Positions 1 to 12,400 of a DNA stretch of 64,000 nt are shown here, piece by piece. The translations under genes and the position numbers were made by a program. Position 1 is the first letter of the stretch. Each line of letters starts with the position of its first letter. Source of the DNA: Nageia nagi (lineage: Eukaryota; Plantae; Pinophyta); assembly GCA_050084985.1 (NCBI GenBank), contig JBITNC010000001.1:45880001-45944000 (forward strand), in the 5' to 3' direction. Below the pieces are notes generated by a model that ran no database searches, was not told the DNA's origin, and was given only the letters and a program-made list of their open reading frames with translations.

Positions 1-453
1 ATGTATGCTTCTTCTACATTGTTTAGTATATGAATTTCATAGTATGTATTGGTTGAGTGATTGAAAATGGGTCCAATCTTCTTCTTCATTCTTTGTTAAT
101 GCTTGTTCAACTCTATGATACAATGGATAAGGCACTGATATGAACTATAACTTAGGTTGGTTAGGGGTATTAGGTCATATTTTCTCTAAAAAATCATCAT
201 TTCCCTTTGAGTAGAATAAAAACCAATGATCTCAAAGCTTAAAATGCTTTATTCAATGGAGATTGACTTCGGGTTACAATCCCAGGCCAATTGATTAATC
301 AATAGGTCTAGTTTCATTCTCATTTGATCTAGACTACCTAAAAAGAAGGTTAGAGTCAAATAATCTCACATACCTATTGATAACTAGGAGGATTAGCACT
401 TGGTGAAATTCATTTAAAAGTATTTTTCAAAGGGGTATTAATCTATCACAATA
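1..453 (+). repeat. 5' LTR (3' portion) of the Athila-like element
   Basis: Colinear with ~19943-20397; ends ...AAAGGGGTATTAATCTATCACA(ATA) just before the PBS. Exact end uncertain by ~3 bp. Confidence 0.8.
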
Positions 454-458
454 ATTTT

Positions 459-476
459 TGGTGTCATTAACAGGGA
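459..476 (+). promoter_or_regulatory. Degenerate primer-binding site (tRNA-Asp type, Athila-like)
   Basis: TGGTGTCATTAACAGGGA matches TGGCGCCGTTGCCGGGGA, with differences that are mostly C>T/G>A transitions; it lies immediately after the LTR. Confidence 0.65.
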
Positions 477-789
477 GAGAGATAGTTGGAGAAGCTATAC
501 CTTTCTAAGAATGACATATTCAACACTATGTTGAGGAAAGAATCTAGAAATAAAATATGATTATAATATCTTTGGTACTAGTGAATTTATAAAAATACAA
601 GAGAAATTGAATCTTTAAGGTATTTTTCTTATGGAAAAATCTACATTTCAAACTACTATTGAATGGATTGAAATATATAACACAAAGAAGCATGGTAATT
701 TTCTTATATTGGTCATTACTTTGGTTATTATTTCAGTTTGAATATATAGAGCTGAATTTTTAGGCATTGTTAAGATGGCTTTTAAAGTA

Positions 790-1149
790 GGCTCTAAAAA
801 ATGGATGTTGGATAGATATAAAGCTTTGAATTTGAATGAGTTTATGTTTACTAAACTTATTCTAAATATAGTATTATAAAATCTCCCAAAGTTTTAAGGG
901 AGATTTAATGAATCATGTGAGGTACACTATAATGAATTTATAAAAGTGGTCAATTATTATGAGATTGAAGATGAGGATATGGCTATGAGAATTTTCTATG
1001 AGTCTTTGTCAGGAGAAGCTCAAAGTTGGATTAATAGCCTACCCATTACAAGCTTAAAGGATTTTGGTCAATTAGAAAAAAGTTTTTTTTTCTTTGGTTT
1101 AAAGTTGAAGAAAATGAAAATCTCAAAGTTTATCAGCAATGTGAAATAG
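790..1149 (+). pseudogene. gag: Retrotransposon gag remnant (Athila-like element)
   Basis: LPKF*GRFNESCEVHYNEF...EDEDMAMRIFYESLSGEAQSWINSLP...FGQLEKSF resembles the Retrotrans_gag signature (F..SL.G.A..W..SLP); stops and frameshifts are present. Confidence 0.8.
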
Positions 1150-2339
1150 GGGTAGAACTTATTGAGGAAATTCTTTTGAATCAAAGGATATTATGTTCAA
1201 AGAAATTCTAAATGATGAAATGTGGACTCTTAACAATTTACATGGTTATTCAAATGATGAATATCAAGTATAATCACACGATAATTTACTTGAAGATATT
1301 GATTCAAAAAATAGTAAGGATTTGGATGATATACAAGAAAAATAAAAATGTATCAACATAAAATTATTGAATTTCTTGAGGCTGATAGTTGTGAGATAGA
1401 GTAAATCATTCATCATGATGAAGTGTTCATAGATGTAAGAGATATAAATGGTAAACATGACTTTGATGAGTTTTTAGTAACAAAAATAAATATTGATTTA
1501 TCTTCCTTATTATTGTCTTCAAGTATTTCATTACCATAGTTTAGTTTTGAACAATAACATGAAATGCAAGATCTGATTAAGACTACCAATTTGGGATCAA
1601 TTTTTAGAGTTTGGTTTATTTTATTTTCAAGTTGAGAAACAGTTGTCCATAGACATTGATTTTGATAAATTAGCTTATGATGTTATCTATTGGAATATAA
1701 ATTTTGAGAAAAATACATTTTTTAAACAATGTGCTAAGTTCATAATTGAATCTACAAGATTTCAAAATACACTTCCTAGATGATAAGAAAATTCATTTGG
1801 GTAAGTTGAGATGTTTTGTAAATCAAAAGAAGAAACTTTGGATCAAGTTTAAAAAACATTGCCATTTTGCAAAATAGATGAGATATTTAAAAATTTTGAT
1901 TCAAAAAATCATAACCAAATGCCACACCACATGCCAATCTAACCTTTGTTGGTTAAATGAGTATAAATTACTAAGTTACTTTGCAATAACTTGAGCACAT
2001 TTTGAAAAATGATTGGTTATGTTTTATTTTTCTTAACCTTGTCATAAATTGTATAAATTTAGAGTGGTTTTTACATATTTTTTAGTTTTTATTTATCTTA
2101 GAAATAACCTAGAATAATTAAAAATCTCAATTGATTCCCTTTTGATTCAACATTTGTCCTAGATAGAGCATGTGTTGTAACACAACTATACCCCTTCTCA
2201 TAGGGGATTGATTAGGCTTCCTTTTTAGCAAATATTATCATTAAGACCCAATTTGGTCTTTTCATTACCCATAATTAATTATCATATGAATGTAGAAAGA
2301 AAACTTTATCTAAAAACATGTGTTTGATGGAAAATTAAG

Positions 2340-2830
2340 TCCCATTAGGTAAGGAAAATGATTATTAGGTAAGAGTGTCTTTCATTTGATAAGCCTTAGT
2401 TTTATTAGTTTTGGTAATCAAGTAAGAATGTTCATTGTAGGTAAGTTCAATCATCATTAGATAAGGAAAGAACCTATTAGGAAAGGATAAGTATCATTGG
2501 ATAAGGATTCACTTCACCAAGTAAGGTTACAACTTGTCAAGTAATTTGATTCATTATTGGATAAGAGTGTTTATTATCGAATAAAATCTATTATCATCAA
2601 GTAAGAATTTTACCCATCATATAAGGTCAAAATTCATTAGATAAGAGATCAAATTGTTGGTTAACTTTTGTTTCTATTAGATAAGGGGTGTGATTATCAA
2701 ATAACATTTATTTTATCTAATAAATTTCAAAAAAAAACTAAATAAAGCTTTTAATTGGAAGAATAAATAGTTACCTTATTAGGTGAGACTCTTGTCACAT
2801 CAACTGAAGTTCTTCACATTAGGTAAGTTG
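2340..2830 (+). repeat. Degenerate ~20-21 bp minisatellite, core CATYRGRTAAG
   Basis: Recurrent CATTAGGTAAG / CATTGGATAAG / CATCAAGTAAG / CATTAGATAAG at ~20-21 bp spacing. Confidence 0.65.
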
Positions 2831-2999
2831 TAAGGTAATCATAAAAAGTAATCTTGAAGATTGTAAAAGTTTATTAATTTCTTTTGAGTATTAGGGAATC
2901 ATAGAAAACCATAATTGAGCCATAAAATTAACCCTATAAGCCAAAATAGCTTGCATTTTTATGGTATCAATTATGATTTCCATGCTTTATCTCAATTAG

Positions 3000-3718
3000 A
3001 TAAGAATGATAGAAATTCTAAAAGTAGTAATCTTAAACAATGCATTTGGAGATGAATGCAGCTATAGATCACTAGGATCTTGAGGAATTTATCATAAAGG
3101 GATTATCAAAAGAGCAATTCAAATTTTGACAAATAATAAGAATTATGTTTCTTTCTAGAAGTTGATAACATATACAAAGGTGTAATAGACCCTCCTGAAT
3201 ATGAACCAAGGATGATGTGGAAGCTATATAATATGACAAAATAAGGTGCACAACTAGGGATTCATCAATAAAATTGATGGAATTTCAATTTGGAAAAGTT
3301 AGTATGCCCTAGGTTCATTTTTTCAATGACCTTTTGAATTGGTTAATTCAAAGATATGATCCTATTAGGCATAACTTTGTAGATGATAGAGGTTAGACAA
3401 TATTAGAATTAAAAAAGTATAGGATTAGGAAAGCTTTCAATCTTTAAAGAAATGGTAACCCCTTTAACTTAGCTACTTTCCAAATATATTAGTTCTTTGT
3501 GGGAGATTTTAAAACTTGTGCTATGTATCAAGATGAAATACCCCTATATGGCCATGATTCTTTTCCTTTGAGTATATTTTTATTTAACTAATGTGCTAAA
3601 TTTTATCATAAAATATTATCTACATGCTAGGGCATAGAAATCATTTGTTTATTCCTAGGGAGGTGTTTTTCTTTATAGTAAGAATTGCCTTTACTCCTCT
3701 TGATGTGTATGATTAGGC
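3000..3718 (+). pseudogene. 5' part of a decayed additional ORF of the Athila-like element
   Basis: Removing the 3719-17035 insertion and one TSD gives a continuous reading FTPLDVYDWTSYLFKRMDNELVN. Product unidentified; start approximate. Confidence 0.45.
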
Positions 3719-3742
3719 CATGAGGGGGTCACTGTTAGGAAA
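3719..3742 (+). repeat. Left terminal inverted repeat
   Basis: CATGAGGGGGTCACTGTTAGGAAA; imperfect inverted match to 17012-17035. Confidence 0.8.
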
Positions 3743-5736
3743 TGGTAAATACCAGTGAGTCATACTAAGGGGTATTTTTAATTTCAAGTTTACTTATTGG
3801 TATATTGGTATGTATTTTATAGAGGGAGGGGGTAGGGGTATTTTAAAATAATAAAAAAATATATATTGATATTAAATAAGGGGTTGGGGGGAGAGGGGTG
3901 AGGGGGGTGCACTGGGGTAACACGAGGGTGGGAGACTAGGGGGCGAACCTCTATCAGGTTGATAGTAGGGGAGAGGGTTGGGGAGTGGGTGTTATATTCA
4001 ATTTTGTAATCTAAATTTTTTATAACTTTAAGTTTTCAAAATATCAATAATTCAATAACCATTTTCTATTTTTTATCTAGCTAATTATAAACTCCTTTGA
4101 ATTATTTTTTACCATAAATTGTTACAAGAAAGATAAATTCAAAAATTAATCTATTTATATATATTTAATCCAAAATAATTTTATTATTATATTTGTTACA
4201 TTTCAAAGAACATATAAGAATATAAGTGTATATTAATAAGTATTACAATATTAGAACCTTCATAAAATTTGTTGATGGGAAGAGACAAATGTCAAATCTT
4301 CATCCTTGGCAGGTTGCACATAGGCTCGAACCATGATACCCATTACCAACCATGATCCAAACAAATTGAAATGATAAACTTTCTTAGACCTTTGAGGAGA
4401 CATTTGAGGTATATTATCTTTCAATTAATGTTTGACCATAATTTGGAAGTAAATTATGTTTAGAACCTTATTAACATATTCCATCGAGAAAATGGAGTAG
4501 CATTAATTGCTAAGGAAATATCCAATGTTACCTTACCATGGAGCTTAGTTATGTAGTTGGAGATGAAAAAAATTAGGGCTTAAAATGAATGCCTCCCTCA
4601 CAAAACCCCTAAATCATTTTCACCATGTTAGAGAAGGAAAGAAGAGGGGAGCTATGGGAGAAAAAACCCAGCCACCATGTGCATGGAGACCTCTTAATTT
4701 GGTGCAGGAAGCTATTGATGATTTTGTGAGTTAAAAATGGTGCTTACTCTTCATTTTTTCCTCTTTGTTTTGATTTTTTTTTTCTATAAGGGTTGCATTA
4801 GAAATCTATCAAAAAGTATATAGTGATTTTTTCTTTTATATAAGCATTTGAGGGCCATGCCACATCCAAGAAGAATATATTAAGGTATTTTGAGATATGA
4901 TATTTGGGTCATTTTTTCTCTATAGTAGTATATGACATATCTAGACTAGAGTGCTATATCCAGTATCATTGTGTTGTTTGGAAAGTATCTTCAAATCATT
5001 ATTCAGCAAAGTAGTCCACATTGATAATAGTGACTTTTTGGAGTATTTTTTCAACATTATCTTATGATGAATAGCATTTATTTCATTTATGTCTCCATGT
5101 TTATGACAAAACCTACCTTAATGCATATTACTTTGCACAAAGTAGTCAATTTTTTCTAGTCTTTAGTAGTGCATAGTTCTTGGACAAGATTTTGCATGTT
5201 GCTTCTTGCCTTTAATCAAATGCCTTCTTGATGTTTTGCATATATTGAACACATGGCATTATAATTTCCCCAAGCACCTATTGTGAAGAATTTTGTGAAT
5301 GCTATTTCACCTTTATTCTCCATAAGCAATTTCTATATGTTGAATAGTTTATTATGCTTAACTAACTATGAATTTAACAATTATAATAGGTTAATTGTAG
5401 TTTTTTCTTGTGTAGTGAGTCCAAATAATAAATTTTTGATTATCAGATTGCATCTATTGACAATAGACAAATTGCTATATGGACTATGCACTTCATATAT
5501 TAGGGGGCATTGGGTTTTCATGAGGTTGTTTTATGTGTCATCAATACAGTCTTAGCTTGCTTTTTTAGTTTTTGATACACTAACTATATGAAGTATTTTC
5601 AGTACATTGAGTATTGTATGGAGAAATGGGATTTGAGATATTCCTAAGAAGTCAAATATTTCTTGGAATGTTGTTACATTATTTTGAAGCTTGATGTGCT
5701 TTCAAAAGTTTTTAATTTTTGATTTCATATTTGTAG

Positions 5737-5850
5737 GAATGCATGGTTAGCTTGTATGCAGTGGATGTAGAACTCTTCTTATCTATTTGTAGGGTGCAAC
5801 AAATGTTTGTTGTGTAATGTGCAACACATTAACTATAGTTCCACCTCTTG
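5737..5850 (+). pseudogene. LSD1: Captured exon of an LSD1-family gene (first LSD1-type zinc finger)
   Basis: From ATG 5739: [35 protein letters not shown], matching the LSD1 finger CxxCRxxLxYxxGAxxVxCxxC. Bounded by TTTGTAG| and |GT splice sites; both stops are TAG, consistent with CAG>TAG. Confidence 0.9.
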
Positions 5851-6899
5851 GTTCACATCCCAACCTTAGTACTTTTTATATTTTTATTTTCTTTTACTTT
5901 TATTTTACACTTGTTGAGACCATTTCATTAGGATATTGATCAATATGGGAAGGAAACAATTGTTCATGTCTATATAATAAGACCTGTAGAAAGTGTGTAT
6001 TTTGTTCCTTATCTTGCTAGTAATAGTTTTGTATTGGCTATGATGATTGAGATGCATCTATGTTTAGAGATATTGATATAATGTTACCAACAGTTGCTGA
6101 ATAGTTAATGACATAATCTCTATGTTAAATTGGTGCACTTGGAATATAACGAGAAAAATGTCAAATACTTGAGATACATAGATCAAAGTTAACTCTTTAA
6201 ATAAAAAATATATATCAATTATTATAATGTTGGTTATCATCAATATGGTATTTTCCATAACAAGGAAATATTTTGTAGATGAACAAAGAAAACATGTGCA
6301 AGTAGTTTGGCTTGATGAGGATACTAGAAATAATCCTCTCATTTAGGTGTCTAATATTCTCATCTCAAAGACTTTCATATACTTTTATCACAATAATAGG
6401 GTGGAAGGATCAAGAAGGAAGAAGTTTTTGGATTCCAATCTTTAGACCCTGTATTTAGTTTCTCTAAGAATTGTTGAAATGAGCAGAGTCACAATGATTT
6501 CATTAAAGTGGAATATCTTGCTTCTATTGCTTGTGTTTGGTCAAGTCAATGGTTTTTACTTAAGTCATAATGATTTAATAGTGGATGCCATATTATGGAT
6601 TCAATAAATAAACAAATTGTGGTAAATGATGAAGCATATGCTTTATAAAGGGAAAAGTAAATTCTAAATACAAAATTGGTCTATATGATAACATCTTGTA
6701 TCATCTAAAATGATGCATGTTGATGATAGATTAAGTATATTAATAAAAAAGTAGCTAGGACAAATATGAAGATGAGACATATAGAATACCATCTCATTAT
6801 AATGGAAGTATTTTTTTTAGCTTTTGTATTACAAATAATAATGATAGTCTTTTTTTAGCTTGAGAGTATTTAGCTTTAGCATTTGTATCTAAGATAAAT

Positions 6900-7800
6900 T
6901 TCCCAAGAAAGTTCCATCAATGGAGGCTTCAATGTTATTCTAGATTGGTATTAAAATTTGTACTAATTTTAGAACATAGTTTCATTTCTTGATAGCTAAA
7001 TTTGCTAATGTAAGTTGTGTATAGTATTTCATCTAGAGACTTCCAAATTCCAATATTTCTTTGATCTTCCATTTGTGAAAATACCTTTAACATGATTCCA
7101 TCTTTGTGTGGCTTGATAGTTTTGTTTAATAAACCACTAAATTTTATTCCAAATTTAACTTCCCATTGATCATTGAAGAAAATGATGAGTAGATTTTTTA
7201 TTTTCTTTTGAAGCAAAACATCTATTCTCAATTTGCTATAGATAATCTCCAATGTGAATAATCTTCTTCATGTAGGCATAGTGAACTTTGCTTGGCCTAA
7301 GGCACTAAGTAGCTTGGAATAACTTTGTGCAAGTTTTAACATGCCAAGATTGATGGCAACTTATATTGGATCTTGTAAAATAAGGAATTTCATTTTTTGC
7401 ATCCTACTTAAAAAAGATCTTGAAGTATTAAATCTTTTATTCAACTTCCAATTTGTAGTCACACTTATTACCACTAAGAAATCTTCATTTATGAATATAT
7501 GCACAACCATCATACTAATACCTTGGGTTTAGGTTTACAAGGGTTGCTTCATCATTTGTACATAATCTAAGTCAAGTGGAGTATTATTTTTTTCCATTTG
7601 AATGCATTAATGCCTCTTCTCACTGATCTTGATTTGCCTTTGCTCTTCTCTATCAAACATCAAGGCTTGCCAAGTTTTGGAATGAAATGCAAGTAGGGGC
7701 ATCTTGATCACATGACTTGTAGGCTTCCTTCTGAGTAATAAATTCCACTATTTTCTCAAGAAATTATTATTAAAACAAGCAAACTCAAATTTGTTATAAA
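6900..7800 (-). pseudogene. Possible highly decayed LINE ORF2 fragment inside the transposon cargo
   Basis: Weak motifs only: PCKPK (cf. W..lC.PK..GGLG) and IIFFNDQW (cf. I.FW.D.W) in and upstream of ORF 6935..7252. Confidence 0.25.
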
Positions 7801-8044
7801 CTTATTGACTTTCATCAATGCCAACTAAAAGAGATTTAATGACCATTAATAGCATGAACACAAATGAAGATTTGAATCAGTAACTCAAAAGCTTTTCCCC
7901 TATATGAGATTTGTTGTTTCTTATTGCTAAAGTACATGAAGTGTTTAGAGTCAATATTTATTATTTAGAGTAACTTTTTACTGGGAACTTCCTATTAATC
8001 TAAGCTATAGAGTGAATCTCTAGTTATTCCTAGCAGTTTTTGGA

Positions 8045-8575
8045 TTAGATTTACATTTAATTTTAATCTATTATATTTAAATTATATTTTTTAATATTTT
8101 TTTATCAGATTTTATTTTTAATGTTTTTACTATATTTAAGTTTAATCTTTTAAGTTTTATATTTACAATTTTATTTTTATATATTTAAATTTTTAAGTGT
8201 AATGTTTTATTCTTTATATTTATATTTACATTTAATTTTAATATTTTATATTTAAATTATATTTTTTAACATTTTTTATTAGATTTAATTTTAATGTTTT
8301 TACTATATTTAATTTTAAACTTTTAAGTTTTCTATCTACAATTTTATCTTTATATATTTAAATTTTTAAGTGTAATATTTTATTCTTTATATTTAGATTT
8401 ACATTTAATTTTAATATTTTATATTTAAATTATATTTTTTAATATTTTTTTATTACATTTAATTTTAATGTTTTTACTATACTTAATTTTAAACTTTTAA
8501 GTTTTATTTTTACAATTTTATTTTTATATATTTAAAATTTTAATTGTAATGATTTATATAATTATATTTACATTT
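8045..8575. repeat. Extremely AT-rich tandem repeat, ~174 bp x 3
   Basis: TTTACATTTAATTTTAAT recurs at ~8050, ~8225 and ~8398 with colinear downstream sequence (ATGTTTTTACTATA, TTTTAAGTGTAAT). Confidence 0.85.
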
Positions 8576-9409
8576 AAACTGAACCTCTCCAAAACAAAAT
8601 AGGATAGCTTGGTAACATGGGCATGTGTTAGGTTTGAATGGCTAAAATGTAAATTATTGGTGAGGAATAGGATTTTATGTGGAAGGCACAAATATAGATT
8701 ATTCTTTTGATTCAAGGACCATAGTTGCATAGGAGATTGCATAGTGGATGAACAATTTTATGCATCTTTGGGAAAGGAATACCTTTAGATGCATCGAATC
8801 TTGTGAGTACATGGCTTTCATATGAAAGTATTTTAGGTTTTTATGTGTGTATAGAAAAATTTGGGTGGTCTTGACATCGTCAATCTCATATGGTATTGTG
8901 AATGTCTTAATGACATTCACCTCTTGAAATATTTATGCAAAATCAAATGTATCCTCATCTTTTTGTTGATTTTCAAATCTTAATATTGCTTATATGCATC
9001 CAACCTAAGGGGGAGAGATTTTAACCTAGGCCTCTATTATGAGAGTTTTAATATACCCTTTTTCTCTAGCTCTCTTATTGGGTTATTCGTAATACTATGA
9101 AATGTCATTTTCATATGCTTTATTGTTAATGAGACTTATGTTTCCTTATTATATCAATAACATTTGATTCTTGCACCATAAGGGTATAAACCACATAATT
9201 TTTAGATTGGTTTAACTTTGACTTATCATTATATCAAAATAATAACTTTAGCAAGTTGAATTCTAGATTATATGATAGCTCAAATTGTGTAAAATGCCTT
9301 TGTGTTTATAAAATATTTCTATAAGGATCTACATTATCCTTTGTAAACTTATATATAATAAATTTATTTTGTGATGATTATTTCTTCAGGTTTATTCTCT
9401 TCATACAAT

Positions 9410-12400
9410 ATGAATGAAAAAATAGAGTATTATCTTAAAGATACAAATGGTGAAGTTGTGGCTATAATTAAACTTAAGAATGCATGCACACTTGGTGATG
9501 TTTGAGAATATTTGATATTTTATAATATTTGTTTGAGTATATTAGTAAAGCGGGGATTCCTATCAAGCCAAAATAAGAGGACACATGTGATGTTGAAGAA
9601 AAAATCATTAAGTTTAGAAGAAAATTAACAGAGCTTGGTGAAGAACTTATGAATCATGGAAAAAAACAAAAGACTAGACCAACAGACAATGATAAATTTG
9701 AAGTTCCACATAAAACCATTGAAAAGCATATTAGTTTACAAGAATCAATAGCATGTGAAAATATTAATGAACATCCAACCTCGATCAAAGCACAAAGTTT
9801 GATTGAATATAGTATTAGGGAGTTATGGAACTCCAAATTACTAGAATTGTTACTTCCAATTGAGAGTATCAATCTTTAGTTCTCCTTGGATAGTGATAAA
9901 CCTATGATAAAACTTCATTGTGATGTTTGTAATGTTAATTATGGATCAGGTGATGTAACTAGAGTTGGAGATACTATGCATAATTTTAGAAGAAGCCATA
10001 TAATGTCAGATCGCCACATAAAAAAAAAGAATTCTCATAATTCTGGTCAAAATATAACATGTGAGAAAGATTTACTTGATAAAGAAAGATATGATACATT
10101 GGATTATCATGATAAGATATTACATGCAATCAATGTATTTGATTATTTCATTAAGAAAGATATTAGTTCTCCATTCAAAGTTGTGGAATCCATAATTGGA
10201 GATTACAAAGATAAGACTTCTATAAAAGTGGAATGCACAAAATGTAAAAAATGGTTTGCATTGATCCCCAAGATAGGAAATATTGTGACTTCTCTCCCTA
10301 AACATATAAAATCAAAGTCACATAATCAAAATTTAACAAGTCAAGTAGCAATAAATATAGGTTTAGTGGGGTGACCGAAGAAGGCTTCAAATGATGGGAA
10401 ACAACAAACTTTGTCAAAATTTTTATTTCCTAGTTCAAGCAATCTAGGAGAAAGGATCCACAAGCACAATAACTTCAACTCTAGGTATTATTTGTTTCTA
10501 TGAGATTTTATATAATTTTTTAATAATTCATTAATATTTTATTAATAACATGCAATTTCTTGTATAGGTTTTCTTTCTTTGTCACTCTTATGTTGGGGTT
10601 ATTGGAAACCAAAGGAGAAATATAATGGAAGAGAAACAAATGTCAAAATTTTAATGGATGATCAAAGTGGTAGGAATGTAACATTGAACCTCACACAATA
10701 GGTATAGTAGAATACCTATTTTGTAAGATTACTATTGATGGAACTTACAAGCATAATAAATATGAAAGAATATCTAAAAGAGAAATACCATTTGAGTCAT
10801 TATCATGTCATTTTTGTTCAAATATACCAAATTACAAAGATTTTAGAAAGCATTTGTATTAAAAACAACTTACTATAGTGAAAAGAGACAATAGAAATAC
10901 AATAAAAGGAAGACAATTAGATTATTTAACACACCATGAATTGCAACAGTATGCGAGAGTTTCTTCAACACATTACAAAGTAGCATTAAGAACCATTTGG
11001 TGGAAAAAAACCAAGGTTGTAAGCTTATCAATAAGAAATAGATCATTGAAGGAAAAATTATTTGAATCATCTCAAAGAAAGGATGTTTATAAATTTTCTT
11101 GAGATGTATGTGAAGCACATGAATTGGGAAAATTAAAATGAAAGCAAGCATTATGAGATTTTGTTCAAGATTTAATTCAAAATTTGCTACGTTGTAAGTA
11201 AGGTAGAAGATTTATAAAATCTTCAGCTATAATATATGAATTGATCAAGATATGGGGGGGTCCTTATTTACATAAATTTCTTAGTGCAAATTTAGATGGA
11301 CCATCATTATCTACAACTAGAAGGCAAACTATAAAGGCTCTATCTTATCTTCCAAGAGATCATGAATATATCTTTGATGCAATTAGGAAAATATATGTAA
11401 CACATAAAGCAAGCCTTGGCATTAAAGGTTATGTTCTAGTGATTCTTGCAGAAGATGAAATAAGAGTTGAAAAAATTGTGAGGTGTTTTATGACTTTCAA
11501 TTCTAATTTTGTAGATAGTTAACACTATAATATTTTTTATTATATGAATAGTAACAATTATTTTATAGGTGGATTGCAAGCAAAGACATATTGGTTGGAT
11601 TTTGTGGGGGAATTGAACAACATCAATGCTAGTCAAAGTTTTCCATTTTAGTAGGAAAAAATGAGGATTGTTATAATATAATTATTAATGTTTTTTAGGA
11701 TAATGAAATTAGTTATCATGCTAATTTTGTTCAAGATTAATGGATCAATATTGATAATCTATTGAAGTAATATGTTGAAAATTCATTAGGTCTAGTTATT
11801 GGCCATTCTTTCGATAGAGATAGTAGGTGTAGACAATTAATGTTGAAAAGTTATACTTCTAACAATGGAAAGAGATTTAGAATTCCTTAGGAAGGAAGGA
11901 AATTATCTACAACAATATTGAATGATGGTAGTATAACTGGGCTTCATGATCAAGATTTCATTCATAATGGAAAAAAACTAATTAATCCACTATTTAGTGG
12001 TAGGTGGGATTTGATATTAGGAACTAAGTTAATAATGTTTAATCATATAATTATTCTTTATAATTCATTCATTATGGAGGAGCATCAGCTAACAAATGAA
12101 TATATAAAAAAAAATGATCGACAAAATTGGGGATTAACATAATGCATTACATCCAGGAATGTGCAAAGATGTTTAAGAGAGATAAGAAGTCCTTCTAGGG
12201 GTAAGACAGAAAGAACCTTAGGTACTAAAATGTACTTATCAATGGTTGCCAACTACATTGACATATTCTTATTTAATAATTTAAGTATTTGGGAAAGATT
12301 GAGATATGCATCTAGAGTGTATCATTTTTTGACATTATGGCTTTCTTGAGTATGAAATAATGCTACTATAAATGCCCAACTAAATTTTATTAGCAATGAA

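Noticed and set aside
4250-4400. Minus-strand coding-like stretch (KVYHFNLFGSWLVMGIMVRAYVQPAKDEDLTF)
   Set aside because: No recognisable family motif; could be another captured fragment but cannot be supported without a search.
5737-5850. Functional host LSD1 gene
   Set aside because: Two in-frame stops, a single exon only, and enclosed within transposon TIRs inside a retroelement.
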